In this document: positions 1-12,438 of the stretch, one piece after another
How positions within the stretch are numbered: the stretch's first letter is position 1
How the letters are laid out: every line of letters starts with the position of its first letter
DNA from: Candidatus Hermodarchaeota archaeon
GTDB lineage: Archaea; Asgardarchaeota; Heimdallarchaeia; Hodarchaeales; Hodarchaeaceae
Length of the DNA: 32,000 nucleotides
Assembly (NCBI GenBank): GCA_048886185.1
Contig: JBHLKY010000003.1
Span: 150,595-182,594, forward strand
Direction of reading: 5' to 3'
Notes under the pieces: generated by a model
The model's input: only the letters and a program-made list of their open reading frames with translations
Databases searched by the model: none
What the model was told of the DNA's origin: nothing
Program-made: the position numbers and the translations under genes

Positions 1-670
1 CATCAACACAGACATAATGACTCTTTTTTTTATGAAACACAAATAAAGGCGGAATTGGGAATTCTAAAGTCGCTAAAATTTCACATGATTTATCATACTT
101 TTGACTTACCCTTTTAATGAGTTTTCGGGATTCTCGATTTGATTTATGAATAGATATTACTTTTTTTGAAAAAATCAATGCTTTTTCCAGAAATACAATG
201 TCAATACCCTTCCTTTTTGTACCAAAAGGTGGATTCATAATAGTAACCTCAAAAGCGTTTTTCCAGGAATAAGTTTCCAGAAATTCAATAGCTGATATCA
301 AAAGTTCCGCTTCGAGTTTTTGCGATTTGAGGAGCGCTTTTAAACCATACATTGTCTCTGAGTCCACATCTACACAGAGTAAATATTTGGAAAAGAATTT
401 TACTAATGGTAGACTTATTCTACCAGTTCCTGATCCAAATTCGACAATTTTCTGATTCATCAAATCATTTTCTACATACACTAAAATAAAAGCGATGAGC
501 TGCGCTGGTAATGTATATTGCTCTAATTCTATTTTACCTTTATGAAATGAATTAATAGTATTTACATAATCAAGTATTTGATTATACAAATAATATTTGT
601 CTTGAGTCCAATTAATGGCCCTAGGAGATAATAATCTAAATTCTGTGGAAGGCCATTTTTTCCCTGACAT
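1..670 (-). CDS. METTL5-like / COG2263 SAM-dependent RNA (adenine-N6) methyltransferase, 3' end runs off the window
   Basis: Not in the ORF track because there is no stop in the window. Hand translation from ATG at 670: MSGKKWPSTEF...KIELEQYTLPAQLIAFIL...KIVEFGSGTGR...VDVD...IMNPPFGTKRKGIDIVFLEKAL...SIHKS...HKKK. It has the LEQY motif, SAM motif I and the NPPF motif IV typical of METTL5/COG2263. Confidence 0.85.
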   Translation of the reverse strand, partial: MSGKKWPSTEFRLLSPRAINWTQDKYYLYNQILDYVNTINSFHKGKIELEQYTLPAQLIAFILVYVENDLMNQKIVEFGSGTGRISLPLVKFFSKYLLCVDVDSETMYGLKALLKSQKLEAELLISAIEFLETYSWKNAFEVTIMNPPFGTKRKGIDIVFLEKALIFSKKVISIHKSNRESRKLIKRVSQKYDKSCEILATLEFPIPPLFVFHKKKSHYVCVD

Positions 671-738
671 TCTCTTTTTCACACATTAAAAAGGAAAGAA
701 AATTGAGAAATCTTGGGATATTAGAAAAAAAGGTAATA

Positions 739-1182
739 TCAACGCATAGGTTTTTCCTTTTTTCCAGAAAGCATTGCATCAAGGCTTACTCCATTTACGT
801 GAACAATTTTATATCTCACGCCTGGTAGATCACCTATGGCACCGCCTTTTGCGCCTCCGATCCCTTCTATTATTACTTCATCATGTTCATCTATAAATAA
901 CAGCCCTCCATCACCAGGAACGAAGGCTGTAACCTGTTTTCCATTTTTTATTAGCTGTACTCTTACACATTTCCTAATTGCTGAATTTGGTTGTTTCGAT
1001 TCAATTCCTACCTTTTCAATCACAATTCCACGAGCTTGAGGTGCTCCTTCCAGAGGATCGAATTTTTCCTTCAAGCGAAGCACTTTTCGCTTATATATTG
1101 TATTCTTCCAACGAAATTTCTTTCTTTTTTGCAATAACTTATTTGCAGCAAATTCTCCTCTTGGTGATTTCAATCCAGTCAT
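739..1182 (-). CDS. rps12: 30S ribosomal protein uS12 (S12/S23e)
   Basis: [20 protein letters not shown] and GDLPGVRYK motifs; AGGTGA Shine-Dalgarno upstream of the ATG. Confidence 0.98.
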   Translation of the reverse strand: MTGLKSPRGEFAANKLLQKRKKFRWKNTIYKRKVLRLKEKFDPLEGAPQARGIVIEKVGIESKQPNSAIRKCVRVQLIKNGKQVTAFVPGDGGLLFIDEHDEVIIEGIGGAKGGAIGDLPGVRYKIVHVNGVSLDAMLSGKKEKPMR

Positions 1183-1322
1183 ATTTATTCACCTAACTAA
1201 AATTTTTTACTAAATCAATATATCAAACTGATCTAATTTCTCTTTAGTGCCAATAGGGGTTTTTGTACTCTGTTTTGGTTTAGTATAAGAAGGGTTTGCC
1301 TTACAAATATAAGTTGACAATT

Positions 1323-1763
1323 TCATGGAGGACTTTGGATGACTACATTATTGACTCCAAAATGTCTTTTCATCAAAAGTCGCGATCTTTGGATATTTCT
1401 GCCATTTTTACCAATAGCTTTTCCTCTTTCTTTAGGAATAACCGTAATTACAACCGTTTTCTTTCCTGATTTTTCATGAATCTCAATATTTTTCGTTTTG
1501 GCTGGAGCTAAGGTATTTGCAGCAAAAGTTTCCAAATTTTCAGAATACTCAACAATATCGATTTGCTTCTGAAAATGATCACGAAGGCGTCTTATTGTCG
1601 TTCCGCCACGTCCAATCACTTTTCCTTTATCACTTCGTCGAATCACAAAAATAACACGAGTTTCAGATTTATCCCAAATACAATCAACCGCTAATGCACC
1701 TGTGAGTCCCTCGAGAATAGAAATAAAACGAAGTTCCTCTTGGGACATGCGAATATTAGACAA
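1323..1763 (-). CDS. nusA: Archaeal NusA (two KH domains)
   Basis: GKVIGRGG and GKAIGKNGRNI KH GxxG loops; position between L30e and S12. Confidence 0.95.
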   Translation of the reverse strand: MSNIRMSQEELRFISILEGLTGALAVDCIWDKSETRVIFVIRRSDKGKVIGRGGTTIRRLRDHFQKQIDIVEYSENLETFAANTLAPAKTKNIEIHEKSGKKTVVITVIPKERGKAIGKNGRNIQRSRLLMKRHFGVNNVVIQSPP

Positions 1764-1777
1764 TTGAAAACATCCTA

Positions 1778-2077
1778 TTAAAGGAATTCTAATATTTTTG
1801 AATTTCCTGGGTCTAAAATCGCTATTGTGGAAATCATATGAGGACGTCCACAGACAGCACCAAGATCCACTCCGGTTTTTTCATATTGAATAATTGGGAT
1901 TTTTGAGAGTTCACAGTTCCTTAATAGTCTCTTTTTCGAATCCAAAGGTAAATTGTTTGAAATAATAGTTGCTTTAACTTTTCCGCTCATTACGCTTTTA
2001 ATAGTGTTATTATATCCTAGTTTTACCTTCCCTGTACTTATAGCCATACTTATAGCCTTTTCTAACTCTGGTTTCAT
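1778..2077 (-). CDS. rpl30e: 50S ribosomal protein eL30
   Basis: TGKVKLG...LGAVCGRPHMIS...ILDPGNSKI; position after rpoA2. Confidence 0.96.
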   Translation of the reverse strand: MKPELEKAISMAISTGKVKLGYNNTIKSVMSGKVKATIISNNLPLDSKKRLLRNCELSKIPIIQYEKTGVDLGAVCGRPHMISTIAILDPGNSKILEFL

Positions 2078-2079
2078 TA

Positions 2080-5974
<3,895 letters not shown>

Positions 5975-6481
5975 AAAGAATTCTCCCAGTACTATAACAG
6001 CGAGAGTAGAGTATAGAATTTAGAGAACATTAACAAGTTTTTCAGGAGAGGAGTTGGCAAGGAATGTGAGAATTACTCAATTAAAGCCAACTGCGAAAAT
6101 GCTTATGTGTTTTAACTAAGACCAACCAGAAGTGGTCTCCTTTAGCTGAAGGGTAAAAAACAGTTATAATGGAGAGGATTTTAGATCTCAAAGATTGAAA
6201 GGGAATAAATAGTAAGAAAAAGAGAGGAGGTTTAAAGGAAGACAAATAACAAGTTCTTTCTTGGAGAACATTCTCAATCTCATGATGTCATTTCTTATGG
6301 ATATCTTAGTAACTTTAAGTGGTCTCTACTTTACTTATTATCCTATGATCAATTTTACAGGTATGATTTTTCGAAATTTAGACCAATAACTTTGTGAGGA
6401 ACATATTAGATTAAATACTACTTTAATCTTCGCAAATAAATATCCTAATACATAACACATCCATGAAGATTTCAAGTAATG

Positions 6482-6489
6482 TATATAAA
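6482..6489 (+). promoter_or_regulatory. Putative TATA box for the UPF0282 gene (leaderless transcript)
   Basis: TATATAAA ending 28 nt before the ATG at 6517; no SD seen. Confidence 0.4.
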
Positions 6490-6516
6490 AACTAATTTAG
6501 TTTATTATTTCAGATT

Positions 6517-7533
6517 ATGGTGAACAACAGGATGTGGGTGATTCCAATCGCCTCAGAGTCCTTAGGTACTCGGGGTTTTTCTCTATTCATAGTTTCTGAA
6601 GATCAAAAAATTCTTATTGACCCATCTGTATCTCTTGCTCCATTTCGTGATGGATATCTTCCGCATATTCAAGAGATAGCTGCATCTTTTCTTTCTCGGC
6701 AGTATATCATGAAATTCTGGGAACTATCTTCAATTATAATTCAAACCCATTATCACGCTGATCATTACTCATTGGGCGTTGATCGGCCATATGAATTTAC
6801 GGATAAAGTCATTGCAAAGACGTTATATTCTCATCCTAGAAAAAAGATACTTGCTAAAGATCCAGTAAGAAATATAAACCTTAATCAAAAAAGAAGAGCG
6901 TTTTGGTTGTGGAAAAACAAAGGCCTTCCATTATTTGTAGCTGATGGTAATACATTTATCTTCGGACGAACTAGAATAACCTTTTCAGATGCCTTACCTC
7001 ACGGGAAACAAAATTCAAGACAAGGCTGGGTTGTTGCAGTCTTTATATCTGATTCTTATGGAAGTCTCTTGATTTCGTCTGATGTGGTAGGCCCTGGATC
7101 TGATTGTGCATTAAATTTCATATGTGAGAATCCTGCTGATTTGATGATAATAGATGGCCCCTCGACTTATCATCCTGAACAAACTGATATAGAGAAAGAA
7201 AATGCTTTTAATAGATTAAATCAGGTGAATGATATTGGTCCAATGATCCTTGATCATCATCTATTACGAGATTTAGAATGGAAAACACAATTGAAAGATC
7301 ATGGTATTCTAGGTGAAATAATAACACTAGCGAGTTTATTAGAGTTACAACCAATGTGTTTAGAAAGTAAAAGATCTCAATTATATGAACAATTCCCCAT
7401 GAATTCCTTTTTTCATAATAGATTCCAGTCTCACGATCCAATAATTTCTCAACAAGTGGAAAAAGTAGCAAAAACTCTTCCTGTTTATCGAAAGATGAAT
7501 CAAATTCATAAAGAGATCCTTGATACCAAATAA
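6517..7533 (+). CDS. UPF0282 / COG2248 metallo-beta-lactamase-fold hydrolase
   Basis: N-terminal ASESLGTRG...ILIDPSVSLAP, THYHADH metal motif, HG, SSDV, LDHHLLRD. Confidence 0.88.
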   Translation: MVNNRMWVIPIASESLGTRGFSLFIVSEDQKILIDPSVSLAPFRDGYLPHIQEIAASFLSRQYIMKFWELSSIIIQTHYHADHYSLGVDRPYEFTDKVIAKTLYSHPRKKILAKDPVRNINLNQKRRAFWLWKNKGLPLFVADGNTFIFGRTRITFSDALPHGKQNSRQGWVVAVFISDSYGSLLISSDVVGPGSDCALNFICENPADLMIIDGPSTYHPEQTDIEKENAFNRLNQVNDIGPMILDHHLLRDLEWKTQLKDHGILGEIITLASLLELQPMCLESKRSQLYEQFPMNSFFHNRFQSHDPIISQQVEKVAKTLPVYRKMNQIHKEILDTK

Positions 7534-7539
7534 ATTAAC

Positions 7540-7562
7540 AATATCCTATAAAGTAGGATATT
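7540..7562. terminator. Perfect 9-bp hairpin between convergent genes
   Basis: AATATCCTA-TAAAG-TAGGATATT lies between the stop at 7533 (+) and the stop at 7580 (-). Confidence 0.45.
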
Positions 7563-7579
7563 AATGAGTTTCCGTTAAG

Positions 7580-7768
7580 TTATATGCCAAAAATTAGACT
7601 TTTAATGGTAAAAATAAAAATCCCAAATAATAGACAGAATTTTCCGATCCGGTTTCCAGTAGGCGCATATAAAATCGCTCCCAGAGTTATCAAAAGAGCT
7701 CCAAATTGAATAGATATAATTACATCTAGAAGAGACCAAAAGAAGTTTGATAGGATTTCATTTAACAT
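7580..7768 (-). CDS. Small two-TM hairpin membrane protein
   Basis: Two hydrophobic helices joined by a GNRIGK loop; 4-nt gap to the upstream co-oriented gene. Confidence 0.6.
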   Translation of the reverse strand: MLNEILSNFFWSLLDVIISIQFGALLITLGAILYAPTGNRIGKFCLLFGIFIFTIKSLIFGI

Positions 7769-7772
7769 AGAA

Positions 7773-8309
7773 TCACATTTTCCATAATGGCATTTTTGGA
7801 AACTGGAAATTTAATGGTAAAATAATACACACAAGACAGAATCCACTTTTTTTTAAATTTTTAATTCTTTTTGAATCAGATATGATCAGATAAAGGCCTA
7901 AATTTCCAAGGAAAATAATAAGAGATAATACTGCAAAAATAAATAACAAATAGGAAGTAATAAATGACATTAAAATGTAAAATCCCTCAAAAGGTTCCTC
8001 TACAAATGGTGAATTAGGAAATTCCAAATTAAAAATAAAAATTAAGAGTATCAGGATGGATATTGACCGAAAAATCATCATTTTTCCATTTTCTTCATTA
8101 TAATTCAAGAGATAGATTATTGATCCTGAAATAAGTGATAAATTAACTGTTACAATTGCTATACTAAGTAAAAATGGAAATAAAAAAGAAAAAAAAGCAA
8201 GAAGTTGTTTTGGAATGTCCTGTATATAGTATTGGATCCCTTGTGAGAATAAATTTCTTATTTGAGCTATTATAAGGACTTTATGAATAGGAATCAAAAT
8301 TATCTCCAA
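7773..8309 (-). CDS. Membrane protein, about 4 TM (two hairpin units)
   Basis: Hydrophobic helices separated by NYNEENGKMM and SDSKRIKNLKKSG loops. Confidence 0.65.
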   Translation of the reverse strand: MEIILIPIHKVLIIAQIRNLFSQGIQYYIQDIPKQLLAFFSFLFPFLLSIAIVTVNLSLISGSIIYLLNYNEENGKMMIFRSISILILLIFIFNLEFPNSPFVEEPFEGFYILMSFITSYLLFIFAVLSLIIFLGNLGLYLIISDSKRIKNLKKSGFCLVCIILPLNFQFPKMPLWKM

Positions 8310-8555
8310 TTAATTTACCATAGTGAACCTATTTTCCTTTTTTATGCAAAGATATAAAGTCCCAAAGAAATGATAAAAAAAGCTCGAATTCAAGAAAGAT
8401 TGCTTCTAATAAAGAAAAAAGCCAATAATCCATCATCTGAAGACTTTAGGGTTGAAAAATAGCCATTGAATAATTGAAAATAAGGGCATAAAAATAGATA
8501 ATCCTTCTATCATCCCTGAAAAACGTTAGAATTCACAATAATCCCTGTTTTAAAT

Positions 8556-9941
8556 TTAGAATGTACATAGATCCAATTTTATCTCTTCAAAATTCACCAG
8601 TATTTCATCAAAACCAATTTTCTTATTTTTAATTATAGAATCCAAGGTGAAAACTCCTGATTCAGCTTTAGGGCGAGAGAAAAATGATTCGAGATCCTTT
8701 TCAGACAGCGTTTCTATTTTTCCTTTATCTGTTAATTCAACAATTCTCATGACTGAACGCTTTTTGACATTTTTGATCCAAGAGACATTTAATTCTATAA
8801 AAATGTGAGGAAAAGAATTTTTCATCAGTTCTAATGGAATATTATATATATCTTTCAGACGTGCAAATAGAAATTTTGGATTCTTGCCATGTATCGTTTG
8901 AATTGATGGAATTCCAACAGAAAGAACATTCAGGAAGGCATTAAAATGATCTTTTGTGGAAAGCTCCCCTAAATTGATGAAGTCTGGGCTTCTATGTAAA
9001 ATTTTTTGAATTTCCAATGATTTTGAAACAGTTCGAGTTTCAAGAGGATCATAACCCAGACGAAATCTCACGATATTTCCCTGTCTTATTTCGGGAGTTT
9101 CGAGGACATCCTCCACTGACAAAAGTCTGAATTGAGAAGGAATATATTCAATCAAAGCATTTTGCAGCGTAGTTTTGCCTGAATTTGGAGGTCCAATTAT
9201 AGTTATGGAAGTCTGATTTTGTATTAAAAAAACTAATAAAATGGCTTGAGTTAGACTAAGACTTCCATTTTCAATTAAATCACGAATTCTTAAATTCTCT
9301 GAGCGAAATTTTCTGATATCAATGTGAACATCTTCTATAGTGAGAGGAGGAATATCAACAGTAACTCGAGTATGAAATAAAGGAGATACAAAATCAGATT
9401 TCATTGTAGGATTACTATGATTTAGAGAAAAATCATTTTCCAACGCTATTCGATGGATAAAAGCTTCTATTTCTTTTTTTGAAAGTTGGATTGAGGTACT
9501 GCATCTTCCGTGTCTCGAATGATCTATATAGAGCTTTTTCCTGCTTGAATCTAAATACACTTCATCGATTTTATCATCAATTAAAAGCGGGCCTATTTTC
9601 TCGAAATCTAGTGTACGAAATAAAATTGGGATTAAAAGTTGTTTCGGGGTTTTTAGTTGGTTAAAAATATCTTCTAATAAATGATTGTAAAGTTGGTTGA
9701 AAGTACAGAAATCTTTTTTTCGTAATATAAATTCTTTCAGGTAAAATTTGACCTCCTTTTCATAGTCGCTGAAATTTTTCAGATAATTATATGTTGATGT
9801 GTTATAATGAACCTGGTACTCAAGTTGTTCGTTTTCAGATAGTTTGGTTATCGTTGCTATGTAACAGTTATATGGATATGAGTCTATTACGATTTCATCA
9901 TTTGGATAGAAGCTGGGATCAATTTTTAGACGCTGATTCAT
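8556..9941 (-). CDS. Type II/IV secretion ATPase (TadA/CpaF/VirB11/ArlI family)
   Basis: PLLIDDKIDEV, DIRKF, Walker A GPPNSGKTT, Asp box SVEDVLE, Walker B RSPDFINLGE, TIHG; strong SD (AGGAGTG) before the ATG. Confidence 0.9.
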   Translation of the reverse strand: MNQRLKIDPSFYPNDEIVIDSYPYNCYIATITKLSENEQLEYQVHYNTSTYNYLKNFSDYEKEVKFYLKEFILRKKDFCTFNQLYNHLLEDIFNQLKTPKQLLIPILFRTLDFEKIGPLLIDDKIDEVYLDSSRKKLYIDHSRHGRCSTSIQLSKKEIEAFIHRIALENDFSLNHSNPTMKSDFVSPLFHTRVTVDIPPLTIEDVHIDIRKFRSENLRIRDLIENGSLSLTQAILLVFLIQNQTSITIIGPPNSGKTTLQNALIEYIPSQFRLLSVEDVLETPEIRQGNIVRFRLGYDPLETRTVSKSLEIQKILHRSPDFINLGELSTKDHFNAFLNVLSVGIPSIQTIHGKNPKFLFARLKDIYNIPLELMKNSFPHIFIELNVSWIKNVKKRSVMRIVELTDKGKIETLSEKDLESFFSRPKAESGVFTLDSIIKNKKIGFDEILVNFEEIKLDLCTF

Positions 9942-9974
9942 AATTTCACTCCTTTAACGAAGAATTTCTGATCT

Positions 9975-10298
9975 TTAATGTTTTTTCTTTGACTCTTGAA
10001 TCATTTGGTCAAAGATTGTACCCAAATTCTTAGGAAAAGTAATTTTTAAGGAATTAATTTTACTTTCTGCAATATCAAAACAATATTTTCTCCGTACAAT
10101 TCCTTGGCCATCAATATAAAGAGTAAGGATATGACCCTCTTTTACATGAGGCATTGCTTTTGTTATAAGAGAATGTTGTTCTTGTGCAATACTGAGTTCA
10201 GATTCAGTTACAAAAATCGATTCTTTCTTTCCACAGATTGGACATGTAGTTTGAATGATAGATTTCTGTGCATGAAGTACAGTCAATTCCATTACCAA
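9975..10298 (-). CDS. Small putative Zn-binding protein (CPIC...H...H-ILTLYIDGQGIVR)
   Basis: CxxC plus two His ligand candidates; 33 nt upstream of and co-oriented with the ATPase. Confidence 0.7.
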   Translation of the reverse strand: MVMELTVLHAQKSIIQTTCPICGKKESIFVTESELSIAQEQHSLITKAMPHVKEGHILTLYIDGQGIVRRKYCFDIAESKINSLKITFPKNLGTIFDQMIQESKKKH

Positions 10299-10819
10299 AA
10301 TTATTTTTAGAACTGAAAATAAAAAAACCCAAGTTTCCCATAATCAAAGATCAATCCTCAAGAATTCTTCTTGAGTAAAAATAAGCAAACTAAATTATTA
10401 AATAATGCTTAAAATATTGAAACAATACTCTTTTCTCCATTACTAGACATATTATACTCCATCCATCTCTACTCAAGTTGCCTCTTATGAATAGTAATTA
10501 AAGAGGTTTCCTCTAGCCAGCTATTGTATTGTAATGCCTAATTAGATTCCTCGGTAATCTCCATTTGATTGATATCAGATTAATCAAGAATTCGCTTTGA
10601 TAAGAACTTCATTACATAATTGAGGCGGTAGAGAAGGGTCTTCTAATTTTCTCAAAGCTTTAGTAATCACCTATGAAGAGGTTCGATAAAACTGAAACAT
10701 GCAATTTTCTACATGATTCTCGTGTTTAAATAAAGCATTCTGTGATATTATGATGATATGGCATGAGGAAACCTCTGCTTAAATTCGAAGACTTATTTGA
10801 GAATTTGGTGTCGAATTAA

Positions 10820-12331
10820 ATGTCAAAGGACTTTCGTTTCATCTCTAGAACCATTTTTCTTGCCATATTTGGAAACTTCGACTTCTTTAATACTTCAGAT
10901 TTTGAGGAATATTTCAAATCAAGATATAAAATCGGTGAGAGGCAGGTTTATATAATTGTTTTCTTTTTTTTCATCTTTTCCCTGATTTTCATTGGTTTTC
11001 AGATGTTTATACTAAAGAGTGTCTCATTTGAGGATATTTTAATGGAGATATTATTAGTATTAATCTTCTTGAGGTTAATTAACCGTATCATTTTGACTCA
11101 GTTCCAGGAATATAGTACTTCTATTGAAACTATAGGCTATTTCGTTGTTAATGAGCTCCTAGTAATATTAGATACTTCCCATTCTCTGAAAGAAGCACTT
11201 AAGTTCATCATATTAGGCAATTATCCATTATTTTCTAAAACATTTGAAACTGCAATGGTTCAAACACATTTTGGTTATTCCCTTGAATTTTCACTAAAAT
11301 ATCAGATCAAGAAGTGCCTCAATGGGAATATTCAGACTATTTTTCTTAATATCTTAGAAATCTGGGAAAACGGGAAAAATATGGCACTCCTTTCTAAAGA
11401 TAAAATTCTTAATCGAATTTCAGAGCAGATAACAGAAGAAACCAGTAAAATCGATTCTTGGGCATCATTATCATCTGGAATAATATATTTAAGTCCTCCT
11501 ATAATGTTGTGTTTTTTATTGATCTCTGGAAACATGAATGTGTTATTTGGAATAACAATTATCATATATATAGTGGTAGGATCATTCTTTTTTCATCCAG
11601 AGAGACATTTAACTGTATTTTCTAGAAATAACGAAATTTTAAATTATGACAATAAATCATTAGAATTTCTCATTATTTTATCAGAAAATCTGTTAAAAGG
11701 CAGCTCTTTTGACAAGAGCTTAAGTGATTCACTAAAAATAATTGAAAATGACATATACAGAGATCATCTAGTAATAAAATCAGAGCATTTGACTCAATTT
11801 CGATTAGGGTTAACTCAAGAAGAGGAAATAAAAGAAATTTTTTCTCCTGAAATTTTCTCTGAAAGAATTTCTCAGCTTGTTTTATTGATAAAGAAGTTCT
11901 CGATGATTGATAGTTATATTGCTGGGAAAAAACTGCTGACAATGACCACTGAATTGAGTAAAACCAATGAATTGTTGAAAAAGGGGAAGGCCCAACTTAC
12001 GGCAACAAAATTCCATGGAAATGTTATACAAATACTTGCATTGATATCATTAGCTTTTATTGCAGGAGCCAGTCCTTTATTTTTATTTGTTTCAAGTATG
12101 TTAAGCCAATCATCTACTGAATCAGCTATTAGAATGGATCATTCCATATTTGAATTAATTTACTTCATAATTGCCATTTTAATAAGTGTATTACCAATCA
12201 AGGGAGTCGAAATCAGAAACTTCAGAAAATATAACAGAATTCCTTGGAGAAATATCTTTGGATTATCAAGATTCACCTTATTTCTTATTGTTTATATGTT
12301 TCTTAAGAATTTATTGACAGGTTTATACTAA
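10820..12331 (+). CDS. TadB/TadC/ArlJ-like (T2SSF) membrane platform protein
   Basis: Two repeated cytoplasmic units (ELLVILDTSHSLKEAL...GYSLEFSL; LSENLLKGSSFDKSL...GLT), each followed by TM helices; divergently adjacent to the TadA-like ATPase. Confidence 0.7.
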   Translation: MSKDFRFISRTIFLAIFGNFDFFNTSDFEEYFKSRYKIGERQVYIIVFFFFIFSLIFIGFQMFILKSVSFEDILMEILLVLIFLRLINRIILTQFQEYSTSIETIGYFVVNELLVILDTSHSLKEALKFIILGNYPLFSKTFETAMVQTHFGYSLEFSLKYQIKKCLNGNIQTIFLNILEIWENGKNMALLSKDKILNRISEQITEETSKIDSWASLSSGIIYLSPPIMLCFLLISGNMNVLFGITIIIYIVVGSFFFHPERHLTVFSRNNEILNYDNKSLEFLIILSENLLKGSSFDKSLSDSLKIIENDIYRDHLVIKSEHLTQFRLGLTQEEEIKEIFSPEIFSERISQLVLLIKKFSMIDSYIAGKKLLTMTTELSKTNELLKKGKAQLTATKFHGNVIQILALISLAFIAGASPLFLFVSSMLSQSSTESAIRMDHSIFELIYFIIAILISVLPIKGVEIRNFRKYNRIPWRNIFGLSRFTLFLIVYMFLKNLLTGLY

Positions 12332-12438
12332 TTAAATCATTTTTTCAGATAATGATATTTTTGGGAGTTTTTTAAGATCCACTTTATTACAAGACAGATG
12401 ATCTAGGAAGAGCTGATTTTAATAAAAAGCTGAGAAAA

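Noticed and set aside
8420-8445. In-frame TGA in a hydrophobic frame as possible selenocysteine
   Set aside because: It is followed by a TAG and a frameshift, there is no redox motif context, and no SECIS was seen.
10765-10776. GAGGAAAC resembling the start of RNase P RNA P4
   Set aside because: The surrounding sequence is AT-rich and lacks the complementary 3' P4 strand and the GC-rich helices.
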